From the NCBI GenBank assembly GCA_041906885.1, contig JAYRII010000012.1, forward strand, positions 94,955-158,954: a stretch of DNA of 64,000 bases. Direction: 5' to 3'. The notes below the pieces were generated by a model, which ran no database searches, was not told the origin of the DNA, and saw nothing but the letters and a program-made list of their open reading frames with translations. The stretch comes from Candidatus Saccharimonadia bacterium. Its GTDB lineage: Bacteria; Patescibacteriota; Saccharimonadia; CAILAD01; CAZGYV01. A program made the translations under genes and the position numbers. Shown here piece by piece: positions 37,301 through 47,168 of this stretch (the first letter of the stretch is position 1; every line of letters starts with the position of its first letter).

Positions 37301-37487
37301 ATCTAAATCACCCCCTCTCTGATCCAATTAGCCTCACAAAAAGCTTATCCTTATTATACACTTATTATAATAAAAGCAATCTTTAAATGTAATAAAGCAC
37401 AATTTTTTTGACAGAAGAGGCTGTCTGCTCTATCCTGCAGTCATCATTATAGTTAATTGGGGTGGTGTACTGGGCAAGATTTTATTA

Positions 37488-38570
37488 GTGAGATTAGGGC
37501 TAGGGTTGCTGATCGGAGTATATATAATCGGAGGCTTAGTTCTGTCTGGGGGCAATCCAGTTTTAGCATTGGTGGAGTCAGTCAAGCAGGAGCTCCAGTC
37601 GCCAAGCCAGTTGGCTCGATCGCCCATCCCAGCAAATAGTCAACTAGCTAATGACACTAGTCAAACCCCAGTCTCCAAATCGCCAGCAGCCAAATCTGGT
37701 GAGAATATGAAATCAAACAGTCAGCCACTGACAAAAAAGCCCCAGTCAGTTGGCATTTTTATCAGCAATTCCCCGGATGATCCGGCTGCGTTTGGCGTCC
37801 TAGATCAGGTCTCGGCTATGGGCTTTAACACGGTCTATAACTATTCTTCTTTTCACTCATCACCAGAAAACGTTAGAAAATACCTTGACTATGCTGGAGG
37901 GCGTGGCCTGAAAGTTATTTTTAGTCTTAAAGATCTCTATGATCAATTACCAGGCAGTCAGCAGTGGCCACAAAATTTTGGTTATTATGGAGGTAGCAAC
38001 GAGGAAATAGCCCTAAACGTTGTCCGACTATTTAAGGACCACCCCGCAACCTGGGGATTTTCAATTAGTGATGAAGCACCGGAGGGCCCTGCCCAGTTAT
38101 CGTCTTGGCAGCAAGTGCTTGAAAGCCGTTATCAAAAGATCAAGTCGATCACCAATAAGCCCGTTATGTTGGTATTGGTCGGACAGACCAGCCCAAACCA
38201 ATCGACTCGCAGGAATTTCTTAAGCAGCCTGAGGAGTGCTCGAGATAATTTTGCACTTGATTACTACCCGATTCCGTTCGAATCCCCTGACCAAATTAAT
38301 TCTATCACTGCTGATATGCCAGCGATTGGTGAAAATAATGGTTGGTTCGTTGCTCAATGCTTTAGCTGGAGTAGCTATTCAACAACAGCCTATGGCTTGG
38401 GCTATAATGCCTCTGTTGCTCGCCCGCCAGCCGCTGAGGAGATGTATAATATGGCCAAAATGGCCTTAAACTCCGGAGCGCGCAATATTATGTTTTATTC
38501 ATATTTTGACATCAAAGACAATCCAGCCCAGCTGGCGGCCCTAAAAAGCGTAGTCGCCAGACTACGCTAG
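37488..38570 (+). CDS. Exported putative glycoside hydrolase (TIM-barrel-like)
   Basis: Signal/TM segment, then MGFNTVYNY, GLKVIFSL, FKDHPATWGFSISDEAP and DYYP. Confidence 0.55.
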   Translation: MRLGLGLLIGVYIIGGLVLSGGNPVLALVESVKQELQSPSQLARSPIPANSQLANDTSQTPVSKSPAAKSGENMKSNSQPLTKKPQSVGIFISNSPDDPAAFGVLDQVSAMGFNTVYNYSSFHSSPENVRKYLDYAGGRGLKVIFSLKDLYDQLPGSQQWPQNFGYYGGSNEEIALNVVRLFKDHPATWGFSISDEAPEGPAQLSSWQQVLESRYQKIKSITNKPVMLVLVGQTSPNQSTRRNFLSSLRSARDNFALDYYPIPFESPDQINSITADMPAIGENNGWFVAQCFSWSSYSTTAYGLGYNASVARPPAAEEMYNMAKMALNSGARNIMFYSYFDIKDNPAQLAALKSVVARLR

Positions 38571-38601
38571 TTTTGATCTTTAGCTTGATTGAAGCGTGCT
38601 A

Positions 38602-40311
38602 CTAGATTTGTGGTGTAAGCTCGGTAATCGCCTGATCAACAGTTTTAATCGGCACTCCAGACTGCTCAATTGCAGAAATGTGTGTATCGAGGTCAGTCGG
38701 CGTAACGGCATAACTGTCACCCGAACTATCTACTTGGTGATAAACTAGCACCAACCAAGTTTTATCGGCTTTGGCTCTGGCGACCCAGCTTGCAACTTGC
38801 TCTGGCGTGGTAGTTGATAAGATGTTTTGTACCCTGATATTATATAGGTCAAAGTTATCTTTACTGTTGTAGCCCTCATCAACCGATCGGTGTGAGCGAT
38901 AGAGTATCTTAATCGCTGCGATAGTGGATGAATTGTATGCACCATATGGCGAGGCAAAATCCTGGACTGGGCTACCAAAATGCACTTCTAAGAAACTTTT
39001 TGAATTGGTCAATTCAGCCATCAAATCATTGTAGGCCAAAGTCGTCAGATCGGGGTGAGTCACTGTGTGTGAAGCAATCTGGTGGCCAGCATTTTTGAAT
39101 GCCATCACATCACTTGAGGTCATGTAGAGTGGATCTTTGTCGATATTACCCGTCAAAATGTATTGCGTTGACAAGACATGATGGGCTGAGAGAATTGGCA
39201 GACCACTGCTGTAAATAGATTTCCAGCCGTCATCAAAAGCCAAGCTGACCAGGCCATTATTAAAGCCGTGTACGGTGGTTGGTACGAAGCTATAATCATC
39301 TACACTCAAATAGCCGACCCCGGCAATCAAGTGAAATACTGTCACGCTTGAGGTGCCGGCTGGCAGTTCAACGCTGTCGCTATATTGCGTCCAGCTTGTC
39401 GGGCTGGCTGGGGCATTTTTTAGGTTCAAATAGCTTATCGTACCATCAATCTTGCTAGCAGCAACCACAACGTGTGTATCGATGCTGGATTTGTAGTAAT
39501 CACTAAAACTATAGATTTGTCCGCCCTGAGCCGGCTGCGAGTCAAAGTACCATTTGGCGTCTCCGTCGGTGTACTTAGTCATGTCAATCCGAGCAGCATG
39601 GTTACCATTGTGACCTGTACTGAGGAGGCTAAAAGTGGCCGTATTAGTACCCCATTTACTATTCTGCCAGGCCAGTGGGCTGCCAGTTAGGTCGTTCACC
39701 TGTTCTAGTGAGTTATTTGGCACCCCGCTAGTTATGACTGGTACGTCAGCTGTGTATTGAGCCAGCTTAGTATTGTCGATGATTAGCCAGCCCCGACCAG
39801 TAATTAGGTGTAAAACAGTAACTGATTTGGCCTTAGCAGGTGTACTAAAAACATATGATACTTGTTTCCAGGTGTTTGTTTTAGCTGCCGTACCTAGCCA
39901 TTGGTAGCTGACACCACCGTCTTCATCGGTCACCCGGACGACTACTTCAGAACTAATATTGGCCCGATAATAATCACTGTATATATACTGTGAGTTAGCT
40001 TTGACCGCCACATCGTCAGAGAACCATTTGGCGTCACCATCGGTGTAGCTAGCTATATTGACTTTGACGCTCCGACTGCCAGTCTGACCGGTCTTGAGAT
40101 AGCTGTATCCGGCAGTATTTGTTCCCCAATTCGAATGAGTCCAGCCTTGAGGTAGTTGGCCTGGTTTATTGGTGCTTGGTTGCTCCATTGATGGATTGAC
40201 GATCAAGTTAGGCCCAATTGCTGCCTGAGCAGGGTTCATCAAGGCACTCACGACAAAAGCAGCCAGAGCAATCATTAGACCTAGTCCAAATCGCATAAGT
40301 AATTTTTTCAT
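38602..40311 (-). CDS. Secreted polysaccharide deacetylase (NodB/CE4) with two N-terminal CBM-like repeats
   Basis: Signal peptide, duplicated W..WGTNTA..YTDGDAKW domains, and FDDG, HTVTHP, PYG and LVYH motifs. Confidence 0.85.
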   Translation of the reverse strand: MKKLLMRFGLGLMIALAAFVVSALMNPAQAAIGPNLIVNPSMEQPSTNKPGQLPQGWTHSNWGTNTAGYSYLKTGQTGSRSVKVNIASYTDGDAKWFSDDVAVKANSQYIYSDYYRANISSEVVVRVTDEDGGVSYQWLGTAAKTNTWKQVSYVFSTPAKAKSVTVLHLITGRGWLIIDNTKLAQYTADVPVITSGVPNNSLEQVNDLTGSPLAWQNSKWGTNTATFSLLSTGHNGNHAARIDMTKYTDGDAKWYFDSQPAQGGQIYSFSDYYKSSIDTHVVVAASKIDGTISYLNLKNAPASPTSWTQYSDSVELPAGTSSVTVFHLIAGVGYLSVDDYSFVPTTVHGFNNGLVSLAFDDGWKSIYSSGLPILSAHHVLSTQYILTGNIDKDPLYMTSSDVMAFKNAGHQIASHTVTHPDLTTLAYNDLMAELTNSKSFLEVHFGSPVQDFASPYGAYNSSTIAAIKILYRSHRSVDEGYNSKDNFDLYNIRVQNILSTTTPEQVASWVARAKADKTWLVLVYHQVDSSGDSYAVTPTDLDTHISAIEQSGVPIKTVDQAITELTPQI

Positions 40312-40451
40312 ATTTTCTCCCTTATTGAAATTTAATGTTGCACTAAAGAAGCTATGACGCGTGACATTAAAACTATGTGGTAAATACCAAATGCAGTAGC
40401 CACAAAAGCTATTATTAAAGATCTAATTTTAAACTTTATCAAAATAACCTG

Positions 40452-40628
40452 CTATTTTGTGGCGTTTTTGAGGTACAAAACACCCCAAACAAGTAAAATG
40501 ACTGCTGACAAGCTAGCTACTGGGATAGCCCAGTTAGCACCAGTTGATGGCAACACAGCTACGCCGGCACCAGCTACTACTGGTACTATTACGCCGCCGC
40601 CGCGGCCTGGTGTAATTCCTTCACTCAT
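40452..40628 (-). CDS. 58-aa LPXTG (LPSTG) micro-protein with a C-terminal TM helix and basic tail
   Basis: MSEGITPGRGGGVIVPVVAGAGVAV-LPSTG-ANWAIPVASLSAVILLVWGVLYLKNATK; AAGGA RBS; co-directional between GT2 and deacetylase. Confidence 0.75.
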   Translation of the reverse strand: MSEGITPGRGGGVIVPVVAGAGVAVLPSTGANWAIPVASLSAVILLVWGVLYLKNATK

Positions 40629-40651
40629 GATTTTTCCTTACTATTAAAAAA

Positions 40652-41731
40652 CTATCTGGTCTGGATGCGATAGCGTCGCGATGACGTTTCCCATCCAGGC
40701 TTAATAGTTTTAAAACGACCCAGAATAATTACCTCGATAAATGACTTATAAAACAGGTATAGATTCGTAAATCTCAAAACGTAAAATAACGGAAAAGCGG
40801 TAAATATATCCCACCGTTTATTTAAGGCAGCGGCAAACGTTGTCCAGCCGAGCATGAAGCCAATGTCAAAGATAAAGTACATCGCCAAAGAGCTTAGCCC
40901 GCGTTGGCTCAAGGCTGCAAATGCCATAATCAAGAGGAGTTCAATCGTAAAAATAAATGTCTCAGCAATCATAAAAAACATATAAGCATCAATTTTTTGA
41001 GCTCGCATGGCTAGCTGGTGTTTTTTCTGACCTTGCCAAAATCCTCTGTACCATCGGACTACCTGATTTTTAAAATCTTTAAAATCTTTCGGATCTTGAG
41101 TGTAGCTTTTTGCTTCCGGGAAATAGGCGATTTTACCAAGTCTGGCGCGGTGTAATTGGATAGTCAGGTCAAAGTCCTCGGTCAGACTACTGTGATCAAA
41201 GTCTAGCTGGTCGAAAATATCAGATCTAAAGCATGAAGTTGGACCGGGAATGACAGTAATTGTGCCCAGCCAGGCCTGCAAACGACGGAAAATTTCTAGA
41301 CCGATAGTGTATTCGAAGGTACGGTATTTGCTAACCCATCCGCCTGGTAAGCTCTGGACATGACCACAGGCAGCTGCATACTTTGGGTTGAGTTTATGAC
41401 GGAAAACCTTGAAATATGTTGGTCCGAAGACTCCATCAGCATCGGCGATATGGATCCAAGAATAGCGTGCCGTCAGATTATAAAAATCAACACACTTCTT
41501 GATCGCACCAGCTTTACCACTGTGCGCTACCTTGATGACATTATTTGGATGTATCATCTGGCTGGCAATTAGTGAGGTGTTATCAACCGAAGCATCATCA
41601 ACGACATAAATATCTCGCTTCGGTTGACCAGCTTTTTTGGCCGAAGCAATTGTAGCAGCAATCACCAGCTCTTCATTATGGGCTGGAATGACCAGGGCTA
41701 ATTTACGTTTATAAATTCTAGCTTTAAACAT
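40652..41731 (-). CDS. Processive GT2 glycosyltransferase (PgaC/IcaA/cellulose synthase-like)
   Basis: IPAHNEE, VDDAS, GKAGA, DADG, TED, QVVRW (QxxRW) and C-terminal TM helices. Alternative start at 41758. Confidence 0.88.
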   Translation of the reverse strand: MFKARIYKRKLALVIPAHNEELVIAATIASAKKAGQPKRDIYVVDDASVDNTSLIASQMIHPNNVIKVAHSGKAGAIKKCVDFYNLTARYSWIHIADADGVFGPTYFKVFRHKLNPKYAAACGHVQSLPGGWVSKYRTFEYTIGLEIFRRLQAWLGTITVIPGPTSCFRSDIFDQLDFDHSSLTEDFDLTIQLHRARLGKIAYFPEAKSYTQDPKDFKDFKNQVVRWYRGFWQGQKKHQLAMRAQKIDAYMFFMIAETFIFTIELLLIMAFAALSQRGLSSLAMYFIFDIGFMLGWTTFAAALNKRWDIFTAFPLFYVLRFTNLYLFYKSFIEVIILGRFKTIKPGWETSSRRYRIQTR

Positions 41732-41763
41732 GAGCTTCCTTGTGTAAACAAAGCCCATTTTTT

Positions 41764-41788
41764 AAATAAAAAGAGGGCTTTCACCCTC
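41764..41788 (-). terminator. Terminator-like hairpin in the 5' leader of the GT2 operon
   Basis: GAGGGU-GAAA-GCCCUC followed by UUUUUAUUU. Confidence 0.55.
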
Positions 41789-41807
41789 GAAATAAACAAT
41801 GAGGCGT

Positions 41808-41836
41808 ATAATAACTTATAATTAACAATATGTCAA
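41808..41836 (-). promoter_or_regulatory. Sigma70 promoter of the GT2 operon
   Basis: TTGACA (41836-41831), 17-nt spacer, TATTAT (41813-41808). Confidence 0.7.
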
Positions 41837-41924
41837 TAGTCATTAGGTAATAAATTACAAAATACATTTTAAATTTTACTGCCAAAACGCTTACCCTTTG
41901 ATATAATACTTCCTAGGACCAATC

Positions 41925-43301
41925 ATGGCATTATCACGCAGGATCCCTAGTCCCCTAGGCTCTACTTTAGTCGAAATAATTATTAGTCTAAGTATTGTAT
42001 CGGTTGTAATTTTGGCAGTTGTATCGGTACTGATATTTAATTTACGAATAATTTCCAGCGCTAAAGCTCGAGCTATCGGCACGGCACTAGCTAATGAAAA
42101 ATTAGAAAATCTACGCAACATGCCCTACGATAGCCTGGCTACGGTCAATGGACCGATCTATCCGGCCGGTACGATTCCGGATGATCAAAACGTTACTGTC
42201 AGCAATATCAAAATGCGTGTTCACACCGATATTGACTACGTTGACGATCCTTATGATGGAAACTATAGTGGTACAATTGTTGGTAAGCCAAAGGATTTAT
42301 ACCCTTATGATTATAAAAAAGCTACCATATCTGTTTATCTAGTAGCTGGCAATCAGAAATTAACCTCACTCAGTTCAAATATAGCCGGTAAGGTTGCCGA
42401 GACGGCCAGTAATACCGGCATTATCGCGGTTAAAGTCCAAGACGCCAGCGGCAATCCAGTCGAAGATGCTGTTGTCCATTTGACTAATTCCTCAGTTGCA
42501 CCAGCGGTTGATATCACCACTAATACTGATATTCAGGGTCAAGTATTAGTGCCAAAAATGCCACCAGATGCTGGTGGTCATTATCATATTGAAGTGACTA
42601 AAACTGGCTATTCAAGCGATCAAACATATCCAGCTACAGCTCAATTACCAGTACCGGCGCGACCGGACTTTAGTGTTATAGCACAGCAAACTATCAGTCT
42701 GACATTTAGCATTGATCAAACAGCTAATTTAACCGTTAGAGTAAAAGACGCCTCTGGCAATGCTTTAGCTGGTAAGTCAATTACTGTCAGCGGGCAAAAA
42801 CTACTCAATGATCCGAATTCTACACCAAATGTACCAAAAACAACCCAAACACTAACGACTGATGCGACTGGAAAAATCAATATTTCTAGCCTGGAGTGGG
42901 ACAGTTACACTTTCTCAATAAATGGATATAAAATCCTCACTTCATCCCCCTATAGTCCGGTTAGTGTCGGCCCGCTTTCAAGCCTGACAGTTGATATTGT
43001 GGCTGATGTTAATTCAACTAATTATCCGACTATCAGTAATGTTAGCCCTCGCAGTGCCCCACCAGGAGGCAGTTTGCAACTTGATGTAATTGGAAATAAC
43101 TTGAGCAGTACGACCACAGTCAGGCTGAAAAAATCTGGCCAAAGTGATATTCTTGCATCTGGAGTAACTTATGATAGTTCAACAGGTACGCTGAGTGGTA
43201 ACGTTGATCTGAGTAGTGCGGCAACAGGAAACTGGGATATCGAGATTACAAAAGGCGGCTTAACAACTACCCAGATTGGAGGTCTGAATGTCTCAAATTA
43301 G
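41925..43301 (+). CDS. Large minor pilin (PilV-like) with carboxypeptidase-regulatory/Ig-like domains
   Basis: Class III signal G|STLVEIII, ANEKLENLRNMPY and repeated VxDASGN beta domains. Confidence 0.8.
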   Translation: MALSRRIPSPLGSTLVEIIISLSIVSVVILAVVSVLIFNLRIISSAKARAIGTALANEKLENLRNMPYDSLATVNGPIYPAGTIPDDQNVTVSNIKMRVHTDIDYVDDPYDGNYSGTIVGKPKDLYPYDYKKATISVYLVAGNQKLTSLSSNIAGKVAETASNTGIIAVKVQDASGNPVEDAVVHLTNSSVAPAVDITTNTDIQGQVLVPKMPPDAGGHYHIEVTKTGYSSDQTYPATAQLPVPARPDFSVIAQQTISLTFSIDQTANLTVRVKDASGNALAGKSITVSGQKLLNDPNSTPNVPKTTQTLTTDATGKINISSLEWDSYTFSINGYKILTSSPYSPVSVGPLSSLTVDIVADVNSTNYPTISNVSPRSAPPGGSLQLDVIGNNLSSTTTVRLKKSGQSDILASGVTYDSSTGTLSGNVDLSSAATGNWDIEITKGGLTTTQIGGLNVSN

Positions 43302-43893
43302 GCCAAGCTGGACTCAGTCAAAAGGTATGACAATGCTAGAGATTATCATTGTACTGCCAATGGTAGCAATTCTAACTATTATTGTCTTTGTATTAATAAC
43401 CAGTTCGCTCAAAAGTTATCGTTATTCCCAAGCTCAAGCCCAAGGCTCATACCAGATTGCTAACTATCTAGAACGGGTCGGACGGGTATTGCGTGGTGCT
43501 TTTGATGTTGAGAGTGCAGATAGTAAATCGTTGGTGATACACGCCTACTTCTCTCCTCGAGACAACATCCCTGACCGGATCAGGTATTTTGTTGATAGTA
43601 GCGGCAACCTAAAGGTTGGTACTGTAGTTGCCACTGGTACCGCTCCCAATTACACCTATAATGTCGCCAGTGAACGAGTTACTACACTACTGTCGAATAT
43701 TAAAAATGATACTACCACACCTGTTTTTACCTACTATGATGATAATGGCAACCAGCTGACCGGTACAATTGCACCTACATCTATTAAGGAAGTTGGCATT
43801 AGATTTGACATTAATCCAGATAGTTCAATCTTGAAAAAGAACATGACCGGACAAACTAGAATCAATCTTAGAAACAGAAAAACGAACCTATGA
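43288..43893 (+). CDS. Minor pilin (PilW-like)
   Basis: KG|MTMLEIII prepilin motif and C-terminal INLRN. Confidence 0.8.
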   Translation: MSQIRPSWTQSKGMTMLEIIIVLPMVAILTIIVFVLITSSLKSYRYSQAQAQGSYQIANYLERVGRVLRGAFDVESADSKSLVIHAYFSPRDNIPDRIRYFVDSSGNLKVGTVVATGTAPNYTYNVASERVTTLLSNIKNDTTTPVFTYYDDNGNQLTGTIAPTSIKEVGIRFDINPDSSILKKNMTGQTRINLRNRKTNL

Positions 43894-45332
43894 AAATAGC
43901 TAAAAAATTATTCAATACCGGTGATACTATAAAGGGGTTTACCACAGTTCAAGTCATAATTACATCAATCTTATTAATAAGTATTGGTCTAATTGTCGCC
44001 ACCACTGCCGTGATGAATTACAAATTCTCTACCTACACCCAAAAATCGATTAGCGCCGGAGCTATCGCCGAGGCAGGTGTTAACTACTATTTGTGGCATT
44101 TATCGCATAATGTGACAGATTATTGCGATGGCAATACATGCGGCGTACAAGGTCCTGACGGTTTCGGCCCTTTCGCTTATAACTATAAAGATAGTAGTGG
44201 TAAAGTGGTTGGTACCTATTCTCTCTATGTTAAGCCGCCCCAGAATTATGCTAATACCGTCACTGTCAAGTCAATTGGCAAAGTCAATGGCCTAAATAAA
44301 TCACGAGTAGTTCAGGCTCAACTATCTATTCCGACAGTCGCCTCGTACGTCCTACTCACTTCAACCCAAGCTTGGATTGGACAGAACGAGACATTTAATG
44401 GGCCACTACATTCAAATATTGGCTTAAGAGTAGATTCGACAGTTAATGCCCCAGTGACGGTGGCTCAAAGCACCTACACGCCATCGGTACAGTTTGGTGG
44501 TAATGGTTCGGTCAAACCGGGTATTTGGGCAGGGGTCAATCCTCAACCCGGCAAGTCTACCTGGCAATTTCCGGTGCCGCCGATCGACTTTAGCTCTGTC
44601 ACGACCAACTTACAACAGCTAAAATCCAGCGCTCAGTCGGGTGGAAAATATTTGGGAGCATCTGGCAAAAAAGGTTATTATCTTTTCTTAAAAAGTGATA
44701 ATTCGATTGACGTCTACAAGGTTAATACAGAGAATTGTAATGGTCAGCACATCACAAAAAGCTTTTATCAAAATATTTCTAAGCCGGCTAACGGCATACT
44801 ATTTGTTGAGGATGATGTTTGGATCCAGTCAAATGGCTCACAGCCTAATGTTGATAAGTATAACGGCCGATTGACTATTGCAACTGGTCGCTTCCCAACC
44901 AACAGTAGTACGAACACAACTATCACAATCGAGGGTGACATCTTGTATGCTAAAAAAGATGGTAGCAATGTGATTGGCCTGATAGCCCAAAAAGACGTCA
45001 AAGTGTCACGATTTGCGCCTACTAACATTGAGATCGACGCTGCTATGCTAGCTCAAACTGGCCATGTTTGGTACAACAAAGATACGCTAAATAATAATGG
45101 TAATTGTCAGACTTCAGTTAAAAATAATATTAATTTTTATGGCTCAATGGCGACCTACGATTATTGGACTTGGACGATCGTCAATGGCTCTGGTAGCACG
45201 ATCGATGGCTACAATACTACGGTGAATAATTATGATCAAAATCTCAAATATAATCCCCCACCGGGCTTTCCGACCACAACAACTGGTAATTTTGCTATTC
45301 TCAACTACCGCGAACTACTCGAAAATCCATAA
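43890..45332 (+). CDS. PilX-like minor pilin
   Basis: KG|FTTVQ without Glu5, IAEAGVNYY, GPLHSN and C-terminal NPPPGFP. Confidence 0.75.
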   Translation: MKIAKKLFNTGDTIKGFTTVQVIITSILLISIGLIVATTAVMNYKFSTYTQKSISAGAIAEAGVNYYLWHLSHNVTDYCDGNTCGVQGPDGFGPFAYNYKDSSGKVVGTYSLYVKPPQNYANTVTVKSIGKVNGLNKSRVVQAQLSIPTVASYVLLTSTQAWIGQNETFNGPLHSNIGLRVDSTVNAPVTVAQSTYTPSVQFGGNGSVKPGIWAGVNPQPGKSTWQFPVPPIDFSSVTTNLQQLKSSAQSGGKYLGASGKKGYYLFLKSDNSIDVYKVNTENCNGQHITKSFYQNISKPANGILFVEDDVWIQSNGSQPNVDKYNGRLTIATGRFPTNSSTNTTITIEGDILYAKKDGSNVIGLIAQKDVKVSRFAPTNIEIDAAMLAQTGHVWYNKDTLNNNGNCQTSVKNNINFYGSMATYDYWTWTIVNGSGSTIDGYNTTVNNYDQNLKYNPPPGFPTTTTGNFAILNYRELLENP

Positions 45333-45344
45333 GGAGCCAACACC

Positions 45345-46790
45345 TTAAAGCGCTTGTAAGATTGCTTTAATTCTGACGACCGATTCTGTTATACCCAAGA
45401 CGTGTATCGTTGCAAACAAGCCGGGTGCGGCCGTCTTGCCAGTGATGGCGACTCGAATTGGGTAAAAAAGCTCTCCAGGCTTAACCCCGTTTTCTTTAGC
45501 TTGGTAGCGTAAGCATTGCTCGATCGATTGCTCGTCGTCTGAGCATTTACTCAGGGCAATAGATGCACTTGTGAGTAATTTGGTGATTTCTGATCGACTG
45601 TTTTTCTTACAAACTAGCTCAATTAAGTTCGAATCAACCCTTGGGGCTAGAAAGAAAAATTCTAAAAGCTCCGTAACCTCTCCAAATGCCCTAATCCGAT
45701 CGCGCTCTAAATTGGCCGCTAAGGTGATATATTCCTGGTTATATTTTTTTAAATCAAGGTTGGATTTATTGAGCTCTTTTGCGACATGCTTGAGATATTC
45801 TGACTGACTGATTTTCTCACGAATATAAACACCATTGATCCAGTCAAGCCTTTCCCTATCAAAGATTGCTGGGCTTTTTAAAATTCGATCAATACTAAAT
45901 TTAGCTACAAGCTCACTAATAGAATAAATTTCTTGAGTCGAGCCATCGTTCCAGCCCAAAGAAACTAAAAAATTAATCAATGCTGCTGGTAAATATCCTT
46001 TTGCTCTATAGTCCAATAAGTCGGTATCGCCATCTCGCTTTGAGAGTTTCTTACCGCTAGCACCATTTATGACTGGTAAATGAATCCAATACGGCCTTTC
46101 CCACTTGAGGGCGTCATAGAGCATGACGTGTTTTGGCGTACTGGAAATAAACTCATCACCACGAATGACGTGACTAATCTTCATCAGATGATCATCAACT
46201 ACGTTAGCAAAATTGTAAGTCGGAAATCCGTCAGCCTTAATGATGATAAAGTCATCGATAAAGTCATTATTGATATCAAAATCACCCCTAATCTCGTCAC
46301 GCCACTTGGTAGTGCCGCGACTAACCTTTAGGCGAATTGGTAGGTTATTATTTGGTTTAATAACACTCTTTGGCTCCATGCTCTGGCGGTAAACAAACGG
46401 TTGCTTGGCAGCAATAGCGGCATCGCGCCTAGTTTTGTAATCGGCTGGGTCGATAATGGAATAATATGCCAAGCCTGCTTCGACTAACTTGTTGGCAAAA
46501 TCTTGGTAATGCGGCAGTCTTTCTGATTGGATATAGGGACCAAATTCTCCCTTATGCTGCCCCATCCAAAATCCTTCATCCGGCTTGAGGCCAAGCCAAT
46601 TCAAGCTTTCGATTATCTGAAGGGCGCTCGAGTCGACAAATCTGTCTCTATCGGTATCTTCCAGACGCAAAATGAACTTACCCTGGTAGTGTTTAGCAAA
46701 TAGATAGTTAAATAAGGCTGTCCTAACCCCACCAATGTGCATAAGGCCAGTTGGAGATGGGGCGAAGCGCACTCTTACATTGGATTTCAT
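45345..46790 (-). CDS. gltX: Glutamate--tRNA ligase
   Basis: RFAPSPTG..HIGG, RLEDTD and KKLSKR. Confidence 0.96.
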   Translation of the reverse strand: MKSNVRVRFAPSPTGLMHIGGVRTALFNYLFAKHYQGKFILRLEDTDRDRFVDSSALQIIESLNWLGLKPDEGFWMGQHKGEFGPYIQSERLPHYQDFANKLVEAGLAYYSIIDPADYKTRRDAAIAAKQPFVYRQSMEPKSVIKPNNNLPIRLKVSRGTTKWRDEIRGDFDINNDFIDDFIIIKADGFPTYNFANVVDDHLMKISHVIRGDEFISSTPKHVMLYDALKWERPYWIHLPVINGASGKKLSKRDGDTDLLDYRAKGYLPAALINFLVSLGWNDGSTQEIYSISELVAKFSIDRILKSPAIFDRERLDWINGVYIREKISQSEYLKHVAKELNKSNLDLKKYNQEYITLAANLERDRIRAFGEVTELLEFFFLAPRVDSNLIELVCKKNSRSEITKLLTSASIALSKCSDDEQSIEQCLRYQAKENGVKPGELFYPIRVAITGKTAAPGLFATIHVLGITESVVRIKAILQAL

Positions 46791-46838
46791 AAAGTCATTA
46801 TACTCGAATTACAGTCTCAACCAACACTCCTTGACAGT

Positions 46839-47168
46839 TTAGAGTATGCCCTCGGGAGCTATCTCCAGCCAATCATTATTGGTTTTTTGATATAGCACAA
46901 CCTTGCTACTCGTTTCTTCTGGGTCGTATATGTTTTCGATACGCTGGGCACCACCTGATCGATGATAGTAAGTTTTTTTGTCGATAATGCGTGGCTTGAT
47001 TGTGCGGGTAAATTTATATTCTTGACCGGACCGTTCAAATACAACTTCGATGATTGTTTCTTCTAAGTTGTGGTTGTCCTCAAGCTTTTGGACGTGCCGG
47101 CGGTGTGACGAGATGCCATATTTTTGGTCGATTACATCAAGTAGTTCTTCCCATGCTCGATCGCTCAT
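46839..47168 (-). CDS. Conserved hypothetical protein
   Basis: 109-aa ORF overlapping the upstream stop; co-directional with its neighbours. Confidence 0.7.
   Translation of the reverse strand: MSDRAWEELLDVIDQKYGISSHRRHVQKLEDNHNLEETIIEVVFERSGQEYKFTRTIKPRIIDKKTYYHRSGGAQRIENIYDPEETSSKVVLYQKTNNDWLEIAPEGIL

Noticed and set aside
40440-40459. CAAAATA-N6-TATTTTG as a dif-like recombination site
   Set aside because: It is short and AT-rich, overlaps the end of the LPSTG ORF, and does not match canonical dif arms.
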